Below are positions 8,705-18,168 of a DNA stretch of 51,347 bases, in pieces. The stretch covers positions 1 to 51,347 of the forward strand of contig CABROZ010000001.1 in NCBI GenBank assembly GCA_902472795.1, written 5' to 3'. The first letter of the stretch is position 1, and each line of letters begins with the position of its first letter. The notes under the pieces were generated by a model. That model worked only from the letters and a program-made list of their open reading frames with translations. It was not told the DNA's origin and made no database searches. This stretch comes from an uncultured Bacteroides sp. (lineage in GTDB: Bacteria > Bacteroidota > Bacteroidia > Bacteroidales > Bacteroidaceae). The position numbers and the translations under genes are program-made.

Positions 8705-11139
8705 ATGACGAAAATGGAAATGACGACACGACGTTTGCCCGAGCTGAAGCAACGGCAATTACCGGCTGCTTGCCGCGAAGAAGTTCAGGCTTTGCTCTGA
8801 AGGAAGTTTACGGATACGAGCAGTTCCGCAATCTGGAGATATACGATGACCTGTTCAGTGGAAAGAATACACTGGAAATCTCGCAAGGGCAGCTGATAGA
8901 GCATGTCATCCTCGAGGCTGAGAAAGCACAGCAGGACGACGGGGCTGTAGAGAATCTTTTGCTGACCGCGCCTACGGGTTCGGGTAAGTCGTTGTTGTTT
9001 CAGTTGCCCGCCATTTACCTGGGGCGCCGCTACGGACAGCTGACCATTGTCGTTTCGCCGTTGAAGGCACTGATTGTCGATCAGGTGGAGAGTCTGCAGG
9101 AATTAGGTTACACGCGTGTGGCCTATGCTTCGTCCGACCTGTCGCCCGAGCAGAAGGCCGAGGTGTACAGACAGGTGCGCGAGGGCGATATCGACCTGTT
9201 CTATCTGTCGCCCGAGTTGCTGCTGTCGTACGACATCAAGCACTTTATCGGCGATCGCCGCATCGGGATGGTCGTTGTGGACGAGGCGCATACGGTGACT
9301 ACCTGGGGCAAGGAGTTTCGTGTGGACTATTGGTTCCTGGGGCGTTACCTGAAAGGGCTGAAGCAGAGCCTTGGATACGGCTTCCCGCTGTTTGCCCTGA
9401 CGGCGACAGCCGTGTGGAATCCGACAGGAAGAAACGACATGGTGTTCGAGACCATCCGTTCGTTGCAGATGGAACCCTGCGTGGTGTACGTCGGTACGGT
9501 GAAGCGCAGCAACATCGGTTTCGACATCCGTCAGATGACGATTGAAGAGGGCGAAACCTACGACAAGGCCAAGCAACGTGTTGTTTCCGGTCGGATCGAG
9601 GACTATCTGGACGGGCATAAGACTTTGCTTTACTATCCGTTTGCCGGCGGCATCGACATGCGGCTGAAGAGTTGGGTACGTTCGTGCGACTGGCATCTGG
9701 TGGCGTCATATTATGGTAAAAAGGATAAGGAGCAGAAGGCTGCCATCGTGCAGGAATTCAAGGAAGGCACCAAGAAGCTGATTGTGGCCACGAAGGCTTT
9801 CGGCATGGGAGTAGATATCAGCGACATTGACCGTGTTTATCACGTAGCACCTTCGAGCACGTTTGTCGATTATATTCAGGAGATCGGACGTGCCGCGCGC
9901 GACGCCGATGTGCAAGGCATTGCGGCAACCGATTTCCACGAACGCGACTTCTACTACATGAAGCGTCTGCACCAGTTGGGAAACATTGCCCAGGAACAGC
10001 TGGTACTGATTTTGCGTAAGCTGATGGAGGTATATCACATGAAAGGCGAGAAGCCGGAAGTGATGGTTTCGTTGTCCGATTTCGAGTTCGTAGTGAAGCT
10101 GCCGCGTACGAAGAACAAGCTGGAGTACGAGTCCGAATTGGGGCAGCTCATCAAGACAGCCCTGTTGTGGCTCGAAGACGATCTGTCTGCCCGTTTCGGA
10201 CACAACCTGCTGGATGTAAGTCCGCAGAATCTGCTGACCGAGGGCTATGTGCAGGACAAAATGGGTGATGCCTTTGCCCGCGAGTTCCACGATTATCTGA
10301 CTCCGGTCGAAGGAGAGGCCGATGTCTATCGGGTACGCCTGAACGACCTGTGGGAAGAGCGTTTCCCCGAGTTGGGATACAAAGAGTTCAAGCAGAAGTT
10401 GGGCAACGGAACGTTGTGGGAAGGTTCGCGTGCCGTGGCGGTAGGCAGACACGACGTATTGCTGAAAGAAGACGCAGCCGAAATACGCCGACGGCTCGAT
10501 GCCTTGTTTGGCAGCCTGAAGGCGCTGCTGACCGACAAGCTGCGCAAGACGAAAGGGCGTTTCGACGAAGAAGAGCTGCGCGCAGTCTTCGCCGAACACG
10601 ACATGGATGTCCGTTCCGCCAAGCGCTTTATCGGTTCGTTGCTGGAATCGCGCACCGAAGAAGGCCGTAGCGTCAGCTACATCAGCAGTGTGAAGAAGAA
10701 AGAATCCAACGAGCTTTCGTTCACGGTGACCAAGGGCTTCGACCTGCTGCTGTCGCGTTATCAGAAGTTGTTCGCACAGCGCATCACGGGTTGCAAGGGC
10801 GATAAGTTGGTGTTCTACACGACTCCTTTCTCCGACCTGAACATGCTGCTGAACCTGCTTTCCATGCTGAATTGCTTGTCGTTCAGTGTTGAGGGTGGTG
10901 GGACTCCTTGCGTACAGATTCGCTTTAACGACCCCGAAACCTTGTTGCAGTTGGCTTCGACCGACGACTACCGTAACCTGATTTTAGACAACAACGAACT
11001 GATTTTCGAGGAACAGATCGAGCTGTTTACCCTCTTCTTCGGTTCCGCTGACTTGACCGACGAGCAGCGCTGGAGTCTGATTGAAGATTACTTCACCGGC
11101 TCTACCGTGGACGAACTGAAGAAAAAATATCTGTCGTAA
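8705..11139 (+). CDS. RecQ-like SF2 DEAH helicase with long uncharacterised C-terminus; apparent frameshift at about 8795 (pseudogene or sequencing error)
   Basis: APTGSGKS, DEAH, ALTATA, ATKAFGMGVD, YIQEIGRAAR motifs in ORF 8770-11139. ATG 8705 frame reads MTKMEM...EEVQALL* (TGA 8798-8800); removing one CT from TTGCTCTGAAG gives ALLKEVYGYEQFR. Confidence 0.8.
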
Positions 11140-11150
11140 GAGAGAGGTGG

Positions 11151-11657
11151 CTATCTTTGCGGATTGCCGCACTTCTGATAGGCAAGCCGTTCGTCACCGT
11201 TCAGCAGGTAGATGATGCCGCAATAGCTGAATCCGTGTTTGGTCAGGATGTGTTGCAGGATGCTGTTGTCGCGATGGGTATCGGCCCGCAGATTCGGTAT
11301 CTGACGATAGCACCAGTCTAAACAGGCGGCAGCTACTCCTTTGCTCGCTTCGGTGCTTGCCAGCCGGTGTATGGTGGCGTAGGGCTGTACGTCGTCCACC
11401 CAGGCTCCTTCGTAGATGCAGGTATATGTCGGGTCTTTGCCGGGGATGAAAGAGAATGTACCTATGATTTCCTGTTCATCGTCAAGGCAGACGTAGCTAT
11501 GTCCGTTTTCGATGTCGCGGCGTACAATGTCCATGCCCGGATAGCCTCCTGTCCATTGCTTCATGTTGCCGTTTTTCCGCATGATGCGTTTGGCTTGTTC
11601 GAAGATGGGCATCAGCAGGTCAATTTCTTCAGGTCGGGTTTGTCTGATGGTTATCAT
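11151..11657 (-). CDS. GNAT family N-acetyltransferase
   Basis: QWTGGYP, IHRLAS, LRADTHRDN, GFSYCGII motifs; ATG 11657 preferred; TAACTTTG -7 box at 11681-11688 (minus). Confidence 0.88.
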   Translation of the reverse strand: MITIRQTRPEEIDLLMPIFEQAKRIMRKNGNMKQWTGGYPGMDIVRRDIENGHSYVCLDDEQEIIGTFSFIPGKDPTYTCIYEGAWVDDVQPYATIHRLASTEASKGVAAACLDWCYRQIPNLRADTHRDNSILQHILTKHGFSYCGIIYLLNGDERLAYQKCGNPQR

Positions 11658-11758
11658 ATTGCGCAAATGTTTTCGGGTTGCAAAGTTATCCTATTATTTG
11701 TAATGGCGGACGTTTTGCAACCCGAAAAGAAGTCTGTCAAGGCTGGGGAGCTGAAGTC

Positions 11759-13309
11759 TTACTCGTTCGGATACGGAATCAGTTCGCCCGACGAGCGATA
11801 CGACGGACGTTGGGCATCCCGTTCCTTCAGATAACGGGTCAGTTCGTCAGCCAGTTCCCTGACCTTCTCGGGCATGCTGTCTGCCAGATTGTTCTGTTCG
11901 CCGATGTCTTCTTTCACGTTGTAAAGGCGGCACTGGCGGTTCTCCCAGGTGTATATCAGGTGATAGTCGCCTTTCAGGATGGCCGAATAGGCGCCATAGC
12001 CTTCTTCCTTGTTCTGGGTTTCGCCCCACAGGTTGGGGAAGTGCCACACGATGGGACGTTCGTACCGCTTTTCAGGGTGTTTCAGCACCTCTGCGAAACT
12101 GATTCCGTCGATGGTCTGCAGGGTGTGATATTGCTCTACACCGGCCATCTCGAGAATGGTGGGGAAGAAGTCTTCTATCATAACACGCTGGTCGTTCTGT
12201 GTGTTGCCTTGTGTCACTCCGGGCCAATAGACCATCATCGGTTCGCGTACGCCGCCCATGAAGGCCGAGCCTTTGCCGGCACGTGCCGGATAGTTCTGGT
12301 CGCGGTTGGCACGTCCCTGGCGGGAGTTGTTCAGCCCTTGTCCGCCATTGTCGGACATGAACAGCAGGATGGTGTTCTTGGCTACTTCCGGATTTTGTTC
12401 CAGATAGTCGAGGATATCGCCCAGACTTTTGTCCATACCTTCTACTAAGGCGGCATAACGGACTTCTTTGTCGTTCAGTGTGTCGTTCAGCTGCTTGTCG
12501 AACCGTCCCCGGTAGTTGGGGCTGAAGCGTTTGTCTTCGTCGTAAGGAGCATGTACGGCGTAGTGCGACATGTACAGGTAGAAGGGTTTCTTCTTCTCGA
12601 CGGCCTTTTGCATGGCCATCAGTGCTTCGCGTGTCAGTGCTTCGGTCAGGAAGATGTCTTGTCCGTGATACTTCTCCAGTCCGTGAACGGCAAAGCGCGA
12701 GCCTTGTCCGAAGCTTTTGGTTCCCAAATAGCTGCCGGGTGCCCCGTTAGGTCCGCCGGCAATGTTTACGTCGAAACCCATTGTTGACGGATCGGCTCCG
12801 GGAGTAGTGCGTGCGCCGAAGTGGGCTTTTCCGCAGTGTATGGTGTAATAGCCGTGATCCTTCAGCACTTGGGGCAGGGAAGTGATAGGGGTGGAATTGT
12901 TGATTTTGCCGGCAGTGCTGTCCGGCTGTATGCCGTTGTAGTTCCATTGCGGCAGGCTGATGACTTCGCTCTTGGCGTCGGTCTGTTGGTCAAGTTCCAG
13001 TGTCCAGTTGGTCACTCTGTGTCGCGAGGCGTTCATGCCCGACATCAGGCTGCATCTTGTCGGTGAAGAAATGGCGCAGGCATAAGCTTCGGTAAAGCGG
13101 ACACCCATTTGTGCCAGCCGTTCCATGTTGGGGGTACGGAAACGCTGGTTCAGGTTGCTCCGCTCGTTGTTGTAGAAGGGTACGGAGGTGTCTTGCCAGC
13201 CCATGTCATCTACCAGAAACATGATGATGTTGGGGGAAGTGGTGGTTTGAGCTGTTGAGGCCAGTGCTCCAAACAGCAGGCACGGTGTAGTAATGAATAG
13301 TCTTTTCAT
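11759..13309 (-). CDS. Ser-type S1 sulfatase, likely S1_16 (4S-Gal/GalNAc type)
   Basis: PNIIMFLVDDMGWQDTS, SSPTR active-site motif, HCGKAHFG, MSDNGG; signal peptide from ATG 13309 (MKRLF...STA|Q). Subfamily from remembered similarity only. Confidence 0.9.
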   Translation of the reverse strand: MKRLFITTPCLLFGALASTAQTTTSPNIIMFLVDDMGWQDTSVPFYNNERSNLNQRFRTPNMERLAQMGVRFTEAYACAISSPTRCSLMSGMNASRHRVTNWTLELDQQTDAKSEVISLPQWNYNGIQPDSTAGKINNSTPITSLPQVLKDHGYYTIHCGKAHFGARTTPGADPSTMGFDVNIAGGPNGAPGSYLGTKSFGQGSRFAVHGLEKYHGQDIFLTEALTREALMAMQKAVEKKKPFYLYMSHYAVHAPYDEDKRFSPNYRGRFDKQLNDTLNDKEVRYAALVEGMDKSLGDILDYLEQNPEVAKNTILLFMSDNGGQGLNNSRQGRANRDQNYPARAGKGSAFMGGVREPMMVYWPGVTQGNTQNDQRVMIEDFFPTILEMAGVEQYHTLQTIDGISFAEVLKHPEKRYERPIVWHFPNLWGETQNKEEGYGAYSAILKGDYHLIYTWENRQCRLYNVKEDIGEQNNLADSMPEKVRELADELTRYLKERDAQRPSYRSSGELIPYPNE

Positions 13310-13405
13310 AGATATCTGATGATGATTTTGGATAATTGACGGCTTTAATACAATAAGTTGTAGTTGAAAACGCTCCAAATATACGATTAAAACACACGTA
13401 AATCT

Positions 13406-13475
13406 CTGTTTACAAACATATCTTGCACCGCAATTTAAGTTCTTTAACAAGAATACTTTCTGCTGTTCACAAACA
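13406..13475. promoter_or_regulatory. Duplicated quasi-palindromic box between divergent sulfatases
   Basis: CTGTTTACAAACA (13406-13418) and CTGTTCACAAACA (13463-13475). Confidence 0.4.
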
Positions 13476-13514
13476 ATTTGCTACCTTTATTTTCCAAATC
13501 TGATGATTCCTCGT

Positions 13515-15041
13515 ATGAAAAGTAAAACGTCCTTTCTTTTAGGCTCTTTGCTGCTTTGTGGCACGAGCCTCTATGCGCAAAAACAGCAGCGCCCCAACAT
13601 TGTATTCATCTTGTGCGACGATATGGGTTACGGTGATCTTGCCTGTTACGGTCAGCCTTATATCAATACCCCCCACATCGACCGTATGGCGGCCGAAGGA
13701 ATGCGGTTTACACAAGCTTATGCCGGCAGTCCGGTCAGTGCGCCGTCGCGTGCCACTCTGATGACCGGACAACATTCGGGACATTGTCTGGTGCGGGGCA
13801 ATAAGGAATACTGGCCTCAAAGCCCGGTTGTGATGTACGGTGAGAATAAAGACTACAGCGTAGTAGGGCAGATGCCTTATGACCCGCAACACATCATTCT
13901 GCCCGAGATCATGAAACGTAACGGATATATGACCGGCATGTTTGGCAAGTGGGCCGGCGGTTACGAGGGGTCGGCATCTACGCCCGATAAGCGTGGCATC
14001 GACGAATACTATGGTTACATCTGTCAGTTTCAAGCCCACTTGTACTACCCTAACTTCCTGAACCGTTACAGCAAGGCTATGGGCGACACGGCAGTGGTGC
14101 GTGAAGTGATGGAAGACAATATCCGGTATCCAATGTTCGGGCGTGATTATTATAAGCGTCCGCAATACTCTGCCGACATCATCCACCGCAAGGCTTTGGA
14201 GTGGCTCGACAAACAGGACGGGAAGCAGCCTTTCATGGGCATCTTCACCTATACATTGCCCCATGCTGAACTGGTGCAGCCCGACGACTCCATTCTGCAG
14301 GGGTATAAGAAGAAATTCTTTGTGGACAAAACCTGGGGCGGGCAGGAAGGCAGCCGCTATAATGCCACGATACATACCCATGCCCAGTTTGCCGCCATGA
14401 TTACCCGGCTGGATTCGTATGTGGGCGAGATACTGGACAAACTGAAAGAAAAAGGGTTGGATGAAAACACCATTGTGGTCTTCACCAGCGATAACGGTCC
14501 ACACGAAGAGGGTGGTGCCGATCCGACCTTCTTTGGCAGAGACGGCAAACTGCGCGGATTGAAACGCCAGTGCTACGAGGGCGGTATCCGCATTCCTTTT
14601 ATTGTCCGCTGGCCCGGAAAGGTGGAAGCAGGTGCCGTATGCGACCATCAGTTGGCTTTCTACGATGTGATTCCGACCTTCTGTGAGCTGATTGGCGACA
14701 AGAAGTTCCCCAAGAAGTATCTGAACAAGAAGCTGGAGGGAGATTGTTTCGACGGTATCTCGTTTGCACCCGTGCTGACGGGAAACGGAGAGGCTCAACA
14801 GAAGCACGATTTTCTGTATTGGGAGTTTCACGAGACCGACCAGATTGGTGTACGCATGGGCGACTGGAAGATGGTGGTGAAAAAAGGAGTGCCTCATTTG
14901 TACAATCTTGCTACCGATATCCACGAAGACAAGGATGTAGCGGAGCAGCATCCGGACATTGTTCGTCGGATGAAAGACATTATCCGTACGGAGCACCGTC
15001 CCAGTGCCGATTTCAAGATTACGTTACCGTCGTTCGATTGA
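13515..15041 (+). CDS. Ser-type S1 sulfatase, likely S1_20 (3S-galactose; BT1636-like)
   Basis: CDDMGYGDL, SAPSR motif, VRGNKEYW, YICQFQAHLYYP, SDNGPHEEGG; start 13515 (or 13503). Confidence 0.92.
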   Translation: MKSKTSFLLGSLLLCGTSLYAQKQQRPNIVFILCDDMGYGDLACYGQPYINTPHIDRMAAEGMRFTQAYAGSPVSAPSRATLMTGQHSGHCLVRGNKEYWPQSPVVMYGENKDYSVVGQMPYDPQHIILPEIMKRNGYMTGMFGKWAGGYEGSASTPDKRGIDEYYGYICQFQAHLYYPNFLNRYSKAMGDTAVVREVMEDNIRYPMFGRDYYKRPQYSADIIHRKALEWLDKQDGKQPFMGIFTYTLPHAELVQPDDSILQGYKKKFFVDKTWGGQEGSRYNATIHTHAQFAAMITRLDSYVGEILDKLKEKGLDENTIVVFTSDNGPHEEGGADPTFFGRDGKLRGLKRQCYEGGIRIPFIVRWPGKVEAGAVCDHQLAFYDVIPTFCELIGDKKFPKKYLNKKLEGDCFDGISFAPVLTGNGEAQQKHDFLYWEFHETDQIGVRMGDWKMVVKKGVPHLYNLATDIHEDKDVAEQHPDIVRRMKDIIRTEHRPSADFKITLPSFD

Positions 15042-15150
15042 CGGGGGGAGACGTGTCTATCCGGGTTGGCCTTTGTCTTTTACGGAAGTGAATTCTGATT
15101 GTCAGAGGCCTCAGTCGGTGCGTGTTTTTTTCCCGGTTGGCGCCTTGTTT

Positions 15151-15230
15151 TGCAACAGTTAATGCAGTGCTGCTGCATAGTTGATGCAGAGGTACTGCAA
15201 CAGTTGGTGCAGCCGGGCTACACAGTTAGG
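15151..15230. repeat. Degenerate ~22-bp tandem repeat (4 units)
   Basis: AGTT anchors at 15157, 15179, 15202, 15224; first three followed by NN-TGCAG. Confidence 0.6.
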
Positions 15231-15300
15231 ATACGGTGATGGCGTTAGCTATTCGTTTCAGAGGGGGGGAGGAACCTGTAAGACCTTATAATAAATAGAA

Positions 15301-15323
15301 GGATATGCCGAAGCGACATATCC
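15301..15323. terminator. Small hairpin between convergent sulfatase and GH2 genes
   Basis: GGATATG...CATATCC stem, A-rich on the left (U-rich for a minus-strand transcript). Confidence 0.45.
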
Positions 15324-15434
15324 TCCTGAAAGAAAAGTTTCTACCCATGTGTGCCCTGCTCTCTGATATATAGTCTAATACCCATTTACAATTACAATAA
15401 TATGCCAGGGCGCTTACGCTACGAAAACTCTGAT

Positions 15435-18128
15435 TTATTCAAAATCGCTTTGTTGACGTTCCACTTCTTTCAATTTCAGGCGATTCAGTTCTTGTTGTAG
15501 CAAACGGATTTGCTTTTCACAATCTGAATCCGAATCGATTTCGGTATTCGACTTCTCTTTACTATTGTTTTCCTGTTTATTCAACTGTTGCAGTTCGGCA
15601 GGGTCGGCTATCAGTGTATGTTGTGCGGCTGTTACCGGAATTTCCAGCTCGGCTGCTATCGGCGTATGCTTTCCCGGCAGGTTGACAGATGCTTTGATGC
15701 GGATGGTGCCTGGTTGGGTCGAAGCACGTACCAGTATTGGTGCGGTGCCCCATTGTACCGGCCGGGGATTGGTGAATGTTTCGGCATTACCGATCAGTTC
15801 GCCTGCTCCTTCAATTTCAAATTGGATGTGATAATTGTTCAGGCGTTTGATGTTGCCGTTATCGTCGGCTACGGCAGCTACAACAGTCATCAGATCGGAG
15901 CCGTCGGCCGTCATCCGTACCTGTTCGTCGTCGGCCCACAGCAGAAGTTTGGAGGGACGGCGGGCAGGCATTACTTTGTGTGTAGCGACCACTTTTCCGT
16001 CTATCAGTCCTTCGGCAAGCAGATATGATTCATCCTGTCTCTTGTTGCGCGAGAGGGCTTTGTCGTGCATCACGTCGAATACATTTGGAAAGGTAATGAC
16101 CGGCGATGGCATACCTTCTTTGTTCTGCGGTTTGTGGTAAGTGTATTGTTGTCCATCTTTGCAGCAGGTGAGGCGCACTTCGTCGCAGTTGCTATATATC
16201 GTGACATCCTTGGGCGAGAAAGGAGTCATGGCATTGGCGATGTAAACCATGGGACCTGTCTCGGCGTTCAGGTTGGGGTTAACGGTAGCCGGTCGTTGCG
16301 AACAGAACATGTAGTAAGACAGTTTGGGTTGTCTGAATGCGTCCATGATGCCTCCATAGAACGGATCCGGGTGGTAGCCGCGCTGATGGTCGAACGAGTG
16401 CCACAAGCATCCGCCCATGTGCTGGCGTGGATTGCGGTAGAACACATCGTAGTTGGTGTAGGAATAGTCGGTCTGTGCATATCCCTGAGCCTGGATCAGC
16501 ATGGGTATCTCGCCCCAGGCGCGGCTTACACGGCTTGGGGAGTTGTGCGAGTTCCAGTCATCTACGTTGTCGCCCCACTCACGGGTGAAGTAGGAAACCT
16601 TCGGGTCGAGTTTTTGGGCATTGAAAGCACCTCCCAGTCCGTTGAGGGGATGGGTGAACTGCACGGGGAAGTATTCGTGTCCGCGAGCCGTGGCATCGCA
16701 AGCTGCATAACAGTAGGGATAAGGATATTCTTCATGAACAATGTCGAGCACGTTGCGTGCAAAATCTTCCGGGTACCATGTCTCGTTCAGGATGGGTTCC
16801 CACATCCATACGGATGGATGGTTTCTGTCGCGTCGCACCATGTTGCGGATGTCGTTATATACTCTTTGGGCAAAGATTGGCTCTTTGTTCCAGAACTGCC
16901 AGCCCGGTGTATTGACGATGACAAAGAGTCCCAGTTCGTCGCAGGCATCCATAAAGGCGGGGTCTTGCGGATAGTGAGCGTTGCGTATGACGCGTAAGCC
17001 GGCATCGCGCAGCTTCTTTGCATCGCGCCAGTGCAGGCTGTTGGAAAGGGCATTTCCTACAACGGCAAAGTCCTGATGGCGGTTGGCGCCGATAAGCGGA
17101 TAAGGATAAGGTTTGCCATTAAGCCAGAAGCCGTCTTTACCTTTGAATTCGATGCTACGGATGCCGATGCGACGACGATAACCGTCTATCGTCTGACCGT
17201 CTTTATCTTGAATCAAAACGTGCAATTGGTAAAGATAGGGGGAGTCGGGATCCCATAAGTTGGGCTCGAATACCTGCATGGAGGTATGTGTCTGACGGGC
17301 TTTTCCGCGTGCTACGCTCAGCTTTTTCTGTGCCGACTGCACCAGATGTCCTTCACGGTCGTACAGTTGAAAGACAATTCGCCCTGAGAAGTTTTTTCCC
17401 GATTGGTTACGGACGTGCAGGTCGAGGCCGATTTCGGCCGAGGTTTCGGACACGTGATTGTAAGACACGAACAGACCTCCTCCGGCAGGTACATCTTCGT
17501 AGTTGGGGTCGGTTATGAATACCCGATTATGAACCACCATCCAGCAGTCGCGATAGATACCGCCGAAGTATGCAAAATCGAGCATCTCCTGCGGTTTTCC
17601 GGGAGGATAGGCCGGGTCGTCGCTGTTGTCGGCCCAGACGGCAATAACATTGTCTTCTCCAAACTTCAATAAGCCGGTTGCATCGGCAACGATGGGGAGG
17701 TAGCCTCCGAAATGTTCTTTGACTAACGTTCCGTTGATCCATATTTTTGATTTTCCCATGATGGCTTCGAAATGGAGGAATAACTGCTTGTCCTTCCAAT
17801 CATCCGAAGGAGTAAAGTGCTTTCGGTACCATGCTCCACCCTGGTAATTGACACAGCCGCTGGCTTCGCTTGGCAGGTATTCCATGCCATTGGGCAAAGA
17901 AACCAATTGCCAGTTTCGGTCATCGAAATCGGGTTGTTCAGCTCCTTGTATATTGCCCTTGTAGAAGCGCCAGGCCGGATTCATGCTGTAGGCTGTACGT
18001 CCGGTATGGGGCAGTTCAAAAAAACCTGCGGTTGAATATTCGGGTTGTTCTGCTGCCTGCATGGGAAGCGTAAAGCCAAGCAGCACTACAATTAACCACA
18101 ATCGGTAGAGTTTGCAAGACGTGATCAT
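15435..18128 (-). CDS. GH2 beta-galactosidase-like hydrolase
   Basis: [44 protein letters not shown] motifs; signal peptide. Confidence 0.9.
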   Translation of the reverse strand: MITSCKLYRLWLIVVLLGFTLPMQAAEQPEYSTAGFFELPHTGRTAYSMNPAWRFYKGNIQGAEQPDFDDRNWQLVSLPNGMEYLPSEASGCVNYQGGAWYRKHFTPSDDWKDKQLFLHFEAIMGKSKIWINGTLVKEHFGGYLPIVADATGLLKFGEDNVIAVWADNSDDPAYPPGKPQEMLDFAYFGGIYRDCWMVVHNRVFITDPNYEDVPAGGGLFVSYNHVSETSAEIGLDLHVRNQSGKNFSGRIVFQLYDREGHLVQSAQKKLSVARGKARQTHTSMQVFEPNLWDPDSPYLYQLHVLIQDKDGQTIDGYRRRIGIRSIEFKGKDGFWLNGKPYPYPLIGANRHQDFAVVGNALSNSLHWRDAKKLRDAGLRVIRNAHYPQDPAFMDACDELGLFVIVNTPGWQFWNKEPIFAQRVYNDIRNMVRRDRNHPSVWMWEPILNETWYPEDFARNVLDIVHEEYPYPYCYAACDATARGHEYFPVQFTHPLNGLGGAFNAQKLDPKVSYFTREWGDNVDDWNSHNSPSRVSRAWGEIPMLIQAQGYAQTDYSYTNYDVFYRNPRQHMGGCLWHSFDHQRGYHPDPFYGGIMDAFRQPKLSYYMFCSQRPATVNPNLNAETGPMVYIANAMTPFSPKDVTIYSNCDEVRLTCCKDGQQYTYHKPQNKEGMPSPVITFPNVFDVMHDKALSRNKRQDESYLLAEGLIDGKVVATHKVMPARRPSKLLLWADDEQVRMTADGSDLMTVVAAVADDNGNIKRLNNYHIQFEIEGAGELIGNAETFTNPRPVQWGTAPILVRASTQPGTIRIKASVNLPGKHTPIAAELEIPVTAAQHTLIADPAELQQLNKQENNSKEKSNTEIDSDSDCEKQIRLLQQELNRLKLKEVERQQSDFE

Positions 18129-18168
18129 CTTTTTTCTTGGTTAGTTAGATTTATTAGGTAATGTTTTC

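Noticed and set aside
8307..8708. 133-aa ORF and overlapping small ORFs upstream of the helicase
   Set aside because: GTG start, no motifs, runs through the palindromic repeat and over the helicase promoter
1..15240. 22-bp arrays as CRISPR
   Set aside because: No constant repeat with unique 30-40 bp spacers, only 3-4 degenerate units, and no cas genes
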